From the NCBI GenBank assembly GCA_035221665.1, contig CM069131.1, positions 141,112,001 through 141,176,000 on the forward strand: a DNA stretch of 64,000 bases, in the 5' to 3' direction. The position numbers and the translations under genes are program-made. Below are positions 13,270 to 26,584 of this stretch, one piece after another. The notes below the pieces were generated by a model. That model searched no databases and was not told the origin of the DNA. It worked only from the letters and a program-made list of their open reading frames with translations. This DNA is from Okamejei kenojei (Eukaryota). The first letter of the stretch is position 1. Each line of letters opens with the position of its first letter.

Positions 13270-14723
13270 CAATCAAAGCTCGCGGAGGCTTGGCGATCGT
13301 TTCACCGAACACCTCCGCTCGGTCTTTATCAACTCCACCATTCAACACGGACAATAGATCCACCAACACCACCCCCACATCCAGCGACGCATCCTTCCTT
13401 CAGGAGCTTAAGCACTTTTATGGCCGCTGTGACAGGGACATTCAAGAGATAGCCATCAAGGCTGTGCTCCCTGCTTATCACCAGCCCCTCACATTCACCC
13501 CCTATGACGTGTATGTGGCACTGAGCAGGATTAATGCACGAAAGGCTGCTGGCCCTGATGCAACCCCGGGCGCATCCTCAGGACCTGTGCTGCGCAGCTG
13601 ACAGGCGTCTGGACTGACATCTTCAACCTGTCACTTGCCAAAGCAATTGTCCCCACGTGCCTTAAAACCACGTCCATCAAGCCGGTGCCGAAACACTCCA
13701 CTGCGGCGAGCCTCAACGACTTCCGCCCAGTTGCACTTGTGCCCATCATCACTAAGTACTTCAAGAGGCTGGTCTTCGCAAACCTCAAAGGCTGCCTACC
13801 TCCCACACTGGACCCCTATCAGTTTGCCTACCGCAAGAACAGGAGTACGGAGGATTCCATCTCAACGGCACTTCACTCCGCCCTCTCGCACTTTGACAAC
13901 AGAGACACCTACGTGAGAATGCTGTTCATCGACTATAGCTCAGCATTTAACACCATAATTTCCTCAAAACTGATAATTCACCAAACTCAGCGACCTGGGC
14001 ATCGACCCCTCCCTCTGCAACTGGATACTGGACTTTCTAACGGGACAGAGGTAGAACGTGTTTCCAGCTTCAGGTTTCTGGGGGTCAACATCTCTTGGCC
14101 CCACAATACCTCTTCACTGGTCAAGAAGACTCGCCAGTGTCTCTTCTTCCTGAGGAGACTAAAGAAGGTCCATCTCTCTCCTCAGATTCTTGTGAACTTC
14201 TACCGCTGCACCATCGAGAGCATCCTTACCAACGGCATCACAGTATGGTATGGTAACTGCTCTGTCTCTGACCAGAAAGCACTGCAGAGGGTGGTGAAAA
14301 CTGCCCAATGCATCAACGGTTCCTGACTCCCCTCCATTGAGTCTGTCCATGGCAAGCGATGTCTGCAAAGGGCGCACAGCATCGCCAAGGACTGCTCTCA
14401 CCCCAGCCACAGACTGTTTACCCTCCTCCCATCCGGGAAGTGCTACAGGTCTCTCCGTTGCCAGACCAGCAGGTTCTTCCCTGCGGCTGTTACACAACCT
14501 ATCTCTGCAAAACTTTGTGACTGCTAGTCAACCCCCACCCCCACCCCCGGACACTACTTCCCCCAGAAAAATTGCACTACTGCTACTGTATGTACATATA
14601 TATATTTTGCTGTTCCATTATTCTATGTTTGCTCTTCTGGGTGAGATGCTAACTGCATTTCATTGAGTCTGTACTGTACACTGCACAATGACAATAAAGA
14701 TTGAATCTGAATCTGAATCTGAA
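13270..14723 (+). mobile_element. Rex1/Babar-type LINE, truncated, with internal RT deletion
   Basis: [37 protein letters not shown] and [14 protein letters not shown]. The PQG-FADD region is deleted at ~14040. (ATCTGA)n tail. Confidence 0.88.
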
Positions 14724-15859
14724 TAACTACTGCAGAACAATTTGGGGCTTCAATGCTACTACATTGGACTGTGCACAAGAGGTGTGCCAGAATAGATTTG
14801 ATGCTATGTGACTAGATACATAGGTCTAGAAACTCAGTTTTGCCTGGTGACTAGCACTCTACAGTTTGAGTCTTGCAAACTTTGACTGCTGAGAGGCTTT
14901 ATCTTTACATGTTCAGCTATTGTGAAGCATGCAAAGAAGAACAAGTAGGTTGCAGGTGCAAGTCTAGGTCTTGGGTGATGTGAGGCTGACTGGGATAAGA
15001 AGGGCCAAGACATCCACCAGTGGGAGAAAAGGGAGTGTGAGGGTCAAGTTGGATTTTCAAACTTGTTGGAGTTGGAGTTGCAAATATTTACAGAGCTCAA
15101 GGTTATACTTGAGGGGAAGGCAGTACAGGGATTAGGTTAGAGACTGGTTGGGGGACATGGCTTTGCAATTAAGGACATGCTTAAGTGCCAACAGGATGTG
15201 TAATTATGATGGAAAATTACAGAAGAGATGTACAGGAAGTGCCATAAAGCCATTGGACGTCATTGTCACTGCTTGGATGCTTAAATCCCAGACACATGTA
15301 AAAACCAAAAGGAAAAGACTCGAATGTAATCCATACAGTAAGCCCACAGTCATAGAGTGATACAGTGTGGAAACAGATCCTTCAGCCAAATTTGCCCACA
15401 CCAGCCAATAACGTCCCAGCTACACTAGCCCCACCTGCCCGTGTTTGGCCCGTATCCCTCCAAGCCTGCCCTATCCATGTAATTATCCCTCAGTTTAAGT
15501 TTTGCAGAGAAAATAAAATTTAAGAGCAGTTATAAATGTTGCCCTACATGACCAACTGGTACAACCTGTTCACTTGCCTCGGTGAGAAGCAAGAGTGTAT
15601 GCAGCTTCAAAATGCACATGCAGGGTCTAATTACAATTTGGTTTTACACCCAGAAAAGGTAATCTGAGATGTTAATGCCAAGGAAATTTGATACTGCTAA
15701 CTCTCTCCTCTGTTGACCCCCTACTGAAAACAGGCACATAATCTCTCAACTTCCCCTTTCTGAAGTCAACCATGTTCATTGGTTTTGTTCACAATGGGCG
15801 ATAAGTTATCCAGGTACTCGCCATCTCTCCTGTAGGGTGACTCATCATCACCATCGGTA

Positions 15860-16225
15860 GGAATATTGACTTCTCTAACATTAAATAACCTTTGCCTACC
15901 CTCTCTCTCCATCCCTTCCCCCTTCCCAGTTCTCTGACTAGTTTGACTGTCCTCATGTACTTTATCTTTGTTTGCTTTGTTGTTACCTTCTCCTAGCTAA
16001 CGATGATCTATTCTACATTTTTCTTTATCTCCATCCCCTGTCTCGTTTTCATTCCTTACAGTTCCTTATCTCTGTGTCTCCCTCTCCCCTAATTCAGTCT
16101 GAAGAATGGTCTCGACCCGAAACGTCACCCTTTCCTTCTCTTCAGAGATGCTGGCTGCCCGTTGAGTTACTCCAGCATTTTGTGTCTATCTTCGGTTTAA
16201 ACAAGCATCTGCAGTTCCTTCCTAC
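15860..16225 (+). mobile_element. Non-autonomous Penelope-like element
   Basis: Hammerhead-like CTGAAGAATGGTCTCGACCCGAAACGTC at 16099-16126; ends CAGTTCCTTCCTAC. Confidence 0.75.
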
Positions 16226-17487
16226 AACAACTCATCATCACTTACGTTTATTGTTATCAGACGTGCATTTGATAATAAATTCAACTTGGCTCAACTTGGC
16301 ACGGAAGGCAAGCTTTATCCATCCCACTGATACCAGGATTGTACTTGTCACTAGCACTTTTTTTTTAAACCTTGTGTAATTGATTTTAAGGTTGGAAAGT
16401 TATGGTAGGGATTGAGACCATTGTGTTTGTATTGACTGAAAAAGGGACTATTACCCTTTCCAGCACTTGCTTTGTAGGCTCCAAGGTTACTGCACTTCAG
16501 GCGGGCATTTTCATGTATGTTTTAAATATGATGTGGTATTTGCCTCATGGTAGCACTCATTCAGACAGTGAATTCCACTTTTCTCTCAAATGAAAAAATC
16601 TCTTCAAATCCCATCAGGTGGTTAATTCTCACTTCAGTCTTCTCTGTTCTAAGGCTGTTTTTAGTCATTTCACCCATCCTCATAGCAAAAGTTCTTCAGC
16701 CCCAGGAATGATGTTGCAAATCTCTTCTCCAGATTCATCAGTACAATCTCAGAACACAGGACGTACACTGAAGGCAGCTGGCAGTATGATCAACACTAAC
16801 AACCCAAAAATCTATTTTACATAGTGATTAGTGCTTGGAAGGCACTTTGAATGGTGATACTACAGGGAGAATCAATTATGCCATCCAAAGCTGCAAAAGT
16901 TACTGAATGAAATGGAGAGCTGCTGGCGAATTCAACTGGTGAGGCAGCATCTGTGCAGGGAAATGGACAGTCAACTCTTCAGGCTGAGACCCTTCATAGA
17001 GACTGAAAGATTGGAGGGGATGTACCTGCTATATGGAAGAACTGAACCTCATATTCCACTTGATTAGCTTACAACCCAATGGTATAAATATTGAATTCTC
17101 CAATTTCAAGTAATTCCCTCTCTTCCCCTCTCTTTCCCCTCACCCCTCCCCACATTACGTGCATACAATTTCTCTCACTACCTTAATTTCCCTGATCTTT
17201 CCCCTCCTCCATACCCTCATCTCCAAATCATCATTCCCATATATCTCTTTTATCTGTTTCCCTTCACCCCACCCTCTTCCTTCAATATCTTTCCTTTTAA
17301 CTGTACATTTCCTCCTCTTCTTTCCATATCTGACATCTTTTTGCCTTTTCAACTCTGGCCTTTGTCACTTACTCCACCCATCTGCTAATCAAAAACACCT
17401 TGTCTCTATCCACCTATCACTTGTTAGACTGTCCCAATCCCTACCCCTCTTTTCCAGCTTTCTCTCCTTACTCCAGTCTTAAGAAGG

Positions 17488-17623
17488 GGGTGGAAAATTG
17501 CAACCTTCACGTGGTCCGCCCTGTTTCGACTAATGCAATCAACTCGACGTGCACAAACGGTAGATCAAATAGAACAAGTTGTCCAACAACTTTAGACTGT
17601 GCATGCCACACGAAAGAAGAAGA
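17488..17623 (+). mobile_element. 136-bp retroposed insert with (AAG)n tail and 13-bp TSD (possibly the 3' end of a Vingi/RTE-like element)
   Basis: AGTCTTAAGAAGG duplicated at 17475-17487 and 17624-17636; GAAAGAAGAAGAAG tail. Confidence 0.75.
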
Positions 17624-17862
17624 AGTCTTAAGAAGGATTCTGACTCAAAATGCTATCTATCCGTTCCCTCCACAGATGCTGCTGGACCTGTTGAGTTCTT
17701 GAGATGCCAGTGTCTGCAGGTTTTTGTGTCGGTGGTAGCAAGAGCTATCAAGTGATAGGTGGATACAGATGAGAAGCGATTGCTAGGCAGCGAACAGTCG
17801 GGTGGGGAGAGAGGAGTGGGGATAGCACAGAGGCTGTGAGGTGATAAGTAGAGAACAAATGG

Positions 17863-18170
17863 CAGCAGGGTGGCATGGTGGTGCAGCGATAGAGTTACTG
17901 CCTTACAGCGCTTGTAGCGTCGGAGACCCAGGTTCGATCCCGACTACAGGCCCTGTCTGCATGGAGTTTGTATATTCTCCCAGTGACCGTGTGAGTTTTC
18001 ACAGAGATCTTCGGTTTCCTCCAAAGACATACAGGTATGTAAGTTAAATGGCTTGGTAAATGTAAAAAGTGTCCTTAATGTGTTGTATGTAGTGTTAATA
18101 TGCGGGATTGCTGGTCGGCACGGACCTGGTGGGCTGAAGGGCTTGTTTCCGCGCTGTATCGCGAAACTAA
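17863..18170 (+). mobile_element. tRNA-derived V-SINE (HE1-like)
   Basis: A-box-like TGGTGCAGCGA, B-box GGTTCGATCCC (17931-17941), V-domain-like GGAGTTTGTATATTCTCCC, CR1-type tail GGGCTGAAGGGCTTGTTTCC, flanking AAATGG repeats. Confidence 0.85.
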
Positions 18171-18524
18171 AATGGTGGAGGGGGGTATTAGGAGGAAAGA
18201 AAGGCGTGTACAATAGGACCAGAATAGATAGGAGGAGAGACAATAGTACAGAGATGGTGTATGTTACCCAAAAATTAGAGAATTCATTGTTCATGCCATT
18301 GAGTTATAAATTATCCAGTCAGAGAATTAGACACTATTCCTTTAGTTTGCGTTTGGCCAAACAGCCTCTCTCTTGTATGTAACTATACAGTGACTGATTT
18401 AAAAATTCCCATCCCCTTAAATATTTTCATTGTGTGAATTCTCCTTATCATTATACAGTAATCTGCTTTAAGTCTCCAACTTTAACTGTGGCAGATACCT
18501 GTACTCCAATTATTATACTATCAA

Positions 18525-18786
18525 ACTGAGGTGAGGAAAAACTTTTTCACCCAGAGAGTTGTGAATTTATGGAATTCCCTGCCACAGAGGGCAGTGGAGG
18601 CCAAGTCACTGGATGGATTTAAGAGAGAGTTAGATAGAGCTCTAGTGGAGTCAAGGGATATGGGGAGAAGGCAGGCACGGGTTATTGATAGGGGCCGATC
18701 AGCCATGATCACAATGAATGGCGATGCTGGCTCGAAGGGCTGAATGGCCTCCTCATGCACCTATTTTCTATGTTTCTATGTTTCTA
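18525..18786 (+). mobile_element. CR1 3' end
   Basis: RKNFFTQRVVNLWNSLP; (TTTCTATG)n tail. Confidence 0.9.
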
Positions 18787-18989
18787 AACTCTTGAACTTG
18801 AACTCTCATTGCTAAGCATGTATTACCAATCTCCCAATCTGCCTCATTGTGAAACTTGCAATTTTTTAAAATCTGCACTTTCTTTTGAGCTGTGACATCA
18901 TATTCTGCTCACTTACTCGTATATGGTTTGATTGTGCCCATGTGTTGTATGGTTTGTACGGATAGCATGCAAAATAATGTATTTCACTG

Positions 18990-19205
18990 CAGATACAAGG
19001 AACTGCTGAGGCTGTTTTGTTTACAAAAAAAAGCCACAAAATGCTTGCGTATCTCAGTGGGTCAGGCAACATCTCAGGAGAACATGGATAGGTAATATTG
19101 TGGGTGGGAACCTTTTTTCTGAAGGAGGGGCCTGAGGTGAAACATCACATATCCATGTTCTCCAGAGATGCTATCTGACCCACTGTCACTCCTGCTTTTT
19201 GTATC
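18990..19205. mobile_element. Inverted pair of PLE terminal units joined at the degenerate hammerhead
   Basis: Minus unit 18990-19118 abuts plus unit 19119-19205. Confidence 0.6.
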
Positions 19206-21990
19206 ATAGAGTCATACAGAATGAAAACAGGCCCTTCACCAACCAAAATGCCTCATCTGCACTAATCCCACTTGCCTGTATTTAGCCCATATCCCCTGAA
19301 ACCTATCCTAACCATGTAACTGTTTAAATGTTTCTTAAATGTTGTGCTATACCTGCCTAAACTTCCTCCTCTGGCAGCATGTCCAATACACTTTATACTC
19401 TTTGTGTAAAAAAGATGCCCCTTAGGTTCCTATTAAATCTTTCTACATTCACCTGAAACCTCTGTCCTCTGATTCTTGATTCCTCTACTCTGGCTAAAAG
19501 ACTCTGTACATTCACCGTATCTATTCCTCTCATGATCTTGTACAACTCTATAAGATCACCCCTCATCCTCCTGCACTCCAAGGAATAAAATCTCGGCCTG
19601 CTTTATCTCTCCCTATAGTTCAGGCCCTTGAGTCCTGGCAATAACCTCGTAAATCTTTTCTGCACCCTTTCCAGCTTAACACCACCCTTCCTATAACAGG
19701 GTGACCAAAGCTGAGCACAATACTCTAAATGTGGCTTCACCAATATCTTGTACAACTGTAACAAAACCTCCCAACTTCTATATTCAACACTCTGACTGAT
19801 GTAGGCCAAAGTGACAAAGTGTGACTTGGACAGGTTAGGAGAGTGGGCAGAGAAGTGGCAAATACGATACGATAAAACTTTATTCATCCCCGGAGGGAAA
19901 TTGGTCTGCCAAACAGTCACAACACACAAGGTACACAAAAACTTGAAATTGAAAGTGAAAACTAAAAGATAAAGGCAAGTGGCTGTTGGTTGTTGCACAG
20001 CGCCTAAACCAGAACAAATGGGTGAACACAGACTTATCCCCTGGGCAGAGGATTCTAAACTAGAGTGCCCACCTCCTTCATACTGGGTTCCCATCTGTTT
20101 TCTCACCCTCCCTCACGGCGGTCCCCCCACACCGGGTCCCATTGTCTTCCCCTCCTCCCCTCATGTTCATCGACCATTGATCGTGGGCCGATCGCGAAGC
20201 CCCCCATCGCCGGCCTCCGAGGCACTCACTGCCGCCGCCTGAAGAAATTCAGTGTAGCAAAGTACGGAATCATGCATTTTGGTAATAAGAATAAAGGCAT
20301 AGATTATTTTTCCAAATGGAGAGAGAATCCAGAAATCAGAGTTGCAAAGGGACTTGGGAGTGCAGGTGCAGGACCCACAAAGTTAATTTGCAAGTCAAAT
20401 CGGTAGTAAGAAAGGCAAATTCAATGCTAGCATTTATATCAAGAGGACTGGAATAAAAAAACAGAAATATAATGCTGAGGCTCTATATGACAATCCACAT
20501 TAGGTGCAGGAGTAGGCCATTCGGCTCTTCGTGCTGGCCAGGCCGCTTTGGAGTACTGTGAGCAAATTTGGGCCCCATATCTGAGGAAGGATGTGCTGGC
20601 TCTGGAGAGGGTCCAGAGGAGGTTTACAAGAATGATTCCAGGAATGAGTGGGTTAGCCTATGATGAGTGTTTGACAGCACTGGGCCACTACCCACTGGAG
20701 TTTAGAAGGTTGAGGGGGGACCTCATTGAAACTTACAGAATAATGAAAGGCATAGATAGAGTGCATGTGGAAAGATGATTTCACTGGTGAGAGTCTAGGA
20801 CCAGAGGCCAGAGCCTCGGAATTAAAGTGCGCCCCTTTTAGAAAGAAGATGAGTAAGAACTTCTTTAGTCAGAGAGTAGTTAATCTGTGGAACTCATTGC
20901 CACAGAGGATTGTGGAGGCCAAGACAGTGGATATTTTTAAGGCAAGATAGACAAATTCTTGATTAGAATAGGTGTCAAGGGTAATGGGGAAAAGGCAGGA
21001 AAATGGGATTAGGAGGCAGAGATCAGCCATGAATAGAATGGCAGTATAGATTTGATGGGTCAAATGGCCTAATTCTACACCTATAACTTGTGAACTAGTG
21101 AAAAGCCTTCTTCACTATATCTATTTGTGACACCATTTTCAAGGAACTATGTACCTATACGCATAGATCCCTATGCTCTACAGCACTCCCCAGAGCCCTG
21201 ACATTCACTGTGTACGTCCTGTCCTGGTTTGACTTTCCAATATGCAACACCTCTCACTTCTCTGTATTAAACTGCATTCAACATTCCTTAGCCCACCTGC
21301 CCAACCGATTAAAATCCTGCTGCAATTTTTGACAAGCATCTTTGTTATCTACAATACCAACCATTTTAGTGTCATTTGCGCACTTATTAATCATGCCTTG
21401 TAAATTTTTATCCAAATCATTGATATAGATGACAAACAGGAATGGACTACTGCCACAGAAGGCAGTGGAGGCCAATTCACTGGATGTTTTCAAGAGAGAG
21501 TTAGATATAGCTCTTAGAGCTAACTGAATCATGGGATATGGGGAGGAAGCAGGAACGGGGTAACGATTTTGGATGATCAGCCAAAATTATATTGAACGGC
21601 GGTGCTGGCTCGAAAGGCCGAATGGCCCTCTCCTGTACCTATTTTCTATGTTTCTATGTTTCTATGATCCAGCACCAAACCCTGAGGCATACCACTAGTC
21701 ACAGGCCCCCAGTTCAAAAAACAACCTTTCACCATCACCTTCTGCTTCCATCCATGAAGCCAATATTCCATCTAGTCAGCTATCTCTCCCTGTATCGCAT
21801 GCGCCTTTCACTGTACCTCAGTATGCCTGACATTAAAAAAACTGATACCAATATTAGTTATCAGGAGGGATATGGACCAAATGCTGGCAGGTGGGACTAG
21901 TGTAGCTAGGACATGTTGGCAAGTGTGGGCAAGTTAGACCAAAGGGCCTGTTTCCACATTGTATCATTCGATGACTCAATGACTCAATAC
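19206..21990. mobile_element. Nested CR1 fragments (- 19206-19810, 21100-21447, 21667-21800; + 19820-21100, 21450-21666, 21860-21990)
   Basis: ORFs 19393-19581, 20548-20778, 20765-20950 and 21278-21532 give CR1 RT and C-terminal peptides. Confidence 0.85.
19862..20239 (-). mobile_element. Short retroposon with (TCGTA)n tail inserted in CR1
   Basis: Minus strand ends AATAAAGTTTTATCGTATCGTATT; interrupts CR1 at GAGAAGTGGCA / ..CAGTGTAGCAAAG; CpG-rich body. Confidence 0.6.
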
Positions 21991-22394
21991 TGATATCAAT
22001 TCTGGTCTATCACACATCCCTGATGTTATGTACATATTAATTGATGTACATAATTTAGCCACCAACGCCCGAATCTATGGAATCACTCCTAAACTATTCT
22101 GTTCTTACATTTCAAGAGTACTAAGTTTGGTTGTTGTTCATGTGAGCCACTTTGGTTTATTTTAACATATTAAGAGCACAATATATTTGTATATTTATAA
22201 GTTTTTGGTGTTGTGAGTTATTTAGGGTGAAGATACACTGAATGATTTAGCAGCCACATTTTCTTCTTGCCGATAGAAAGTGAGAATGAGATTTACAACT
22301 GAAAAATTGTATCAAATAAAGATTTTCTGCATGTGTTAATTAACATATCTAGTTAGTTCAGCCCCCCTTCAGTCCCAGCAGAGAGTAACACTCA

Positions 22395-24385
22395 GAAACA
22401 TAGAAGCATAGAAAATAGGTGCAGGAGGAGGCCATTTGGTCCTTCGAGCCAGCACTGCAATTTATTATGATTATGGCTGATCATCCACAATCAGTAACCC
22501 ATGCCTGCCTTCTACCCCATACCCCTTGATTCCACTAGCCCCAAGAGCTCTATATAACTCTCTTTTAAATGCATCCAGTGAATTGACCACCACTGCCCTC
22601 TGTGGCAGAGAATTCCAAATATTCACAACTCTCATTTTAAATGGCCTCCCTTTATTCTTAGCCTGTGGCCCCTGGTTCTGGACTCCCCCAACAGTTTTCC
22701 TGCATCTAGCTTGTCCAGCCCTTTTATAATTTTAATGTTTCTATAAGATCCCCTCTCATGCTTCTAAATTCCAGTGAATACAAGCCCAGTCTTTCAAATC
22801 TTTCCTCATATGACAGTCCCGCCATTCTGGGGATTAAAAATGTGAACCTACATTTTATTCAATAGCAAGAATGACCTTCCTCAAATTAGGAGACTAAAAT
22901 TGCACACAATACTCAAGTTGTGCTCACCCGGGACCTGTACAACTGCAGAAGGACCTCTTTACTCCTATACTCAAATCCTCTTGTTATGAAGGCCAACATG
23001 CCATTAGCTTTCTTCACTTCCTGCTGTACCTGCATGTTTACTTTCAATGACTGGGGTACAAGGACACCCAGGTCTTGTTGAACTTCCCTTTTTCCTAATC
23101 TGACACCATTGAGATAATAAGCTGCCTCCTTGTTCTTGCCGCCAAAGTGGATAACCTCACATTAATCTACATTTTACTTCAACTGCCATACATCTGCCCA
23201 CTCACTCAACCTGTCCAATTCACCCTGCAACCTCCTAGCATCCTCTTCACAGTTCACACTGCCACCCAGCTTGGTGTCATCTGCAAATTTGCTAGTGTTA
23301 CTTTTAATCCCATCATCTAAATCATGAATGTATATTGTAAATAGTTGCGACCCCAGCACTGAGCCTTGCGGCACTCCACTCGCCACTGCCTGTCATTCTG
23401 TCAGGGGCCCGTTTATTCCTACTCTTTGTTTCCTGTCTGCCTAACAATTCTCTATCCATGTCAATACCCTACCCACAATACCATGTGCTCTAATTGTTCC
23501 CATTAATCTGTGTGGGACCTTATCAAAGGCTTTCTGAAAGTCCATATACACTACATCCACTGGCTCTCCTTTATCCATTTTACCTGTCATATCCTCAAAA
23601 AATTCCAGATGATTAGTCAAGCAGGATTTCCCCTTCATAAATCCGTGTTGACCTGGACCAATCCTTTTACTGCTATCTAAATGCGCTGTTAATAATTGAC
23701 TCCAGCATCTTCCCCTCCACCGACGTCAGGCTAACTGGTCTATAATTCCCCTTTTTCTCTCTCGCTCCTTTCTTAAAAAGTGGGATATCATTAGTGACCC
23801 TCCAATCTACCGGAACTGATCCTGAATCTATTGAAGATTGGAAATTGTTCACCAATACGTCCATGATTTCTAGAGCCACCTCCTTGAGTATTCTAGGATG
23901 CAGACCATCAGGCCCTGGGGATTTATTAGCCTTCAGTCCCATCAGTCGACCCAATACTATTTCTCACCTAATGGAAAATTCTTTCAGTTCCTCTGTCTCC
24001 CTAGATATTCTGTCCTCTCGTACATCTGGGAGATTGTGTCTTCCTTGGTGAAGACAGAACCAAAGTACCTGTTCAACTCTTCTGCCATTCCCTTGTTCCT
24101 CATAATAATTTCACCTGTTTCTGCCTTCAAGGGACCCACATTTGTCTTTACTAATATTTTTCTCTTAAGATACCTAATGAAACTTTTACTATCCTTATTT
24201 ATATTCTTGGCCAGCTTACCCTCGTACCTCATCCTTTCACCCCATATTATCCTTTTTGTTGTCCTTTGAAAGTTTTCCAATCCTCTTAGCTTCCTGCTAA
24301 TCTCTGCTATGTCATACACTTTTTCATTTAGTTTTATTCCATTCCTAACTTCCCTTGTCAGCCATGGTTGCCTCTTACTTCCATT
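22395..24385 (-). mobile_element. CR1 LINE, ~2 kb, degraded
   Basis: ORFs 23174-23386 ([16 protein letters not shown]), 23441-23638 and 23673-23954 (KSPGPDGLHPRILKE..NYRPVSLTS). Confidence 0.92.
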
Positions 24386-25524
24386 TCAGCATTGCTGCTC
24401 CTTCTCACAATTATAGGTTCATCTTGATTGCAGATTCCCATGAGAATGTATTGATCTTAAAACAGCAGAACAAAATGCCTGGACTAGTGATGCAGTGGAT
24501 AGCACATGGCATTTCAATTGGGTCAATGGAATAATAGGACAGTCCATCAACTGGCTCATTTGATCACTGTGAATCTTTATTTGTGCTGAGAAGTTTGCTT
24601 ATGTGGATATTAGGCTTGGATTCTATCACAAAAAATAATAAACAAAAACCGTCACGATCCAAATTCCTGTTTAAAGAAGTCTTCTTTGGGATAGTGACTG
24701 TGAAACAGTACCCAATCAAGGCTGCCACAAGAGGAGAGGAAATTGAAACGAGAAGCAGATTAGTGTTTGAACGCAACACTTCTTTATCTGTGATGAGATG
24801 AGTAAAATGCTATGTGTCCTCATTATTTCATCAACTAACTTTAATTGCTACCCAATGACTTCAAGGTAGTGAATCTGGTCTGCAGCAGTTCCTTGGAGAG
24901 CAATGTAAATCACTGCAGGGAAAATAAGCCTCTGGGTTGATTCCCAGCGCATAGTACTTGCCTACCACTCCATTAACTTTCATTGCCACCTCTCTAAGGT
25001 CATATTGCAGGTGATGTTGCTCACCGCATCATTTCATAGACACATCATCAATAAAAGCCAGGTCTCAAGTGTTTCTGTGGTAAGAATGAACAATTCCAGG
25101 TAATAACATTTGACAGAAAAATAATATTATTCTTGTCATGGGAATAAGTGCCTTAACTGGAGGGATTCATTTGACGGATCACCTCAACATGAGTCTATTT
25201 GAGAGATATATATTTTCAATACCAAATGTGGCAACTAGCCATCAGATGAAGCATTTCATTTATGCTTCTGTTTTATAGTAAAACCCTTGATCTGAATTCA
25301 GGAAGCAATACAATGCAGAGCATTTTCTTTCTTTTGGTAAGATTATTTTATGGGCCTTTAATTTACTGCGGTGTTAATCAAGAATGATAACTGTTCATAT
25401 GTACATCCTGAAAGATACACATTGAACAGCACAGCGCAGCTACGATGGCCTTCAGCCCGCAATGTTTGTGCCAAACATGAGGCCAAGTTAAACCGATCTA
25501 ATCTGCGTGTTAGATCGGTTTAAC

Positions 25525-26021
25525 CTTTTATGTTTATGATTTACTTATTTGTTAAATAAAGCATCAACGGGTTTAATTCTGTATCATGTTTGAATGTATT
25601 ATTTGTAATTACTCATCCTGTGTCAACAGAGGCAGTGTGTCTTATGGACTCGTATCCACGGCATGAAATCACAGAGCTTTGAAGTCTTCACGGAATCACT
25701 CACGTGACTCCGAAGTAAAATAGTAAGATTAAACGAGAACTTACCAGTTTGAAGTTTGATCTTTATTTTATGAGGAGTTACGATGAGCGATTACGTGCCC
25801 ACCGCTCCCAACCCTCATATCACGAAGGTCATCTGGTAGCTTCTAGGTTTCTAATCTTACTACATTACTTCAATTACCGTTATCTGTGATTTCACACCGC
25901 TGCTTTAAAGATTGACGCGCATGCGCTCTGGCGGGACTTCTTCACGTAATCGCTCATCGTAACTCCTTATAAAATAAAGATCAAACTTCAAACTGGTAAG
26001 TTCTAGTTTAATCTTACTATT
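25525..26021 (+). mobile_element. Isolated DIRS 3' terminal fragment (3' UTR, ICR, right ITR and right extension)
   Basis: Highly similar to the reverse complement of 35505-35920; long inverted repeat ~25719-25797 / 25943-26021. Confidence 0.9.
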
Positions 26022-26136
26022 CTACCCCATTCCTCATAATACAGCACTTTCTGCTTTATTTCACCCAGCTGCAACCTGAGCAGTATGTGATCATGAAGTT
26101 AGTAATTAAATCAAATCACTGGAATCTGAAATGCTA

Positions 26137-26430
26137 TGGCACGGATGGTGGAGCTGCTGCCTCACAGCACCAAAGCACCAATGACCTGCGCTCAAATGAC
26201 CTTTGATGCCATCTTTGAGGAGTTTGTGCATTCACATTGTGATTCTTCTGTGTGCTCATCCCAAACCCATTGTAAATTGGCCACATTTTATAGTGATCAA
26301 TGAACCTGCCTATTAAATACAGGGTGGAGGAGGGTACTTGACAGAAACAAGAGATGAAGACAATTGTGTTGACAATTAGTATGGATCCAATGGACTGAAG
26401 GACATGTTTGCATGCTGCATGACATGATTC
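26137..26430 (+). mobile_element. Degenerate V-SINE (HE1-like)
   Basis: GGCACGG..GAGCTGCTGCCTCACAGC head, GGAGTTTG core, GGACTGAAGGACATGTTT tail. Confidence 0.55.
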
Positions 26431-26584
26431 TATGTTTAAATATTAGCACTCACCCCGGCTTGGATACTGACACTGTACTCAATTGAGAGGTTGTAACTAA
26501 ATGCAATGTGTCACCAAGCAGCCAGACCACAGATGAAGGATGCACATGGACACATACACAGAAACATACAGCACATGCTTAATG

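Larger units (their letters stand above)
16872..18362. mobile_element. Cluster of Penelope-like fragments in alternating orientation (- 16872-17010, + 17035-17730, - 17735-18362)
   Basis: 17036-17113 translates to EELNLIFHLISLQPNGINIEFSNFK*, resembling the C-terminus of PLE GIY-YIG ORFs; degenerate terminal units. Confidence 0.7.

Noticed and set aside
17863-17945. tRNA gene
   Set aside because: A and B boxes belong to a V-SINE head; no complete cloverleaf.
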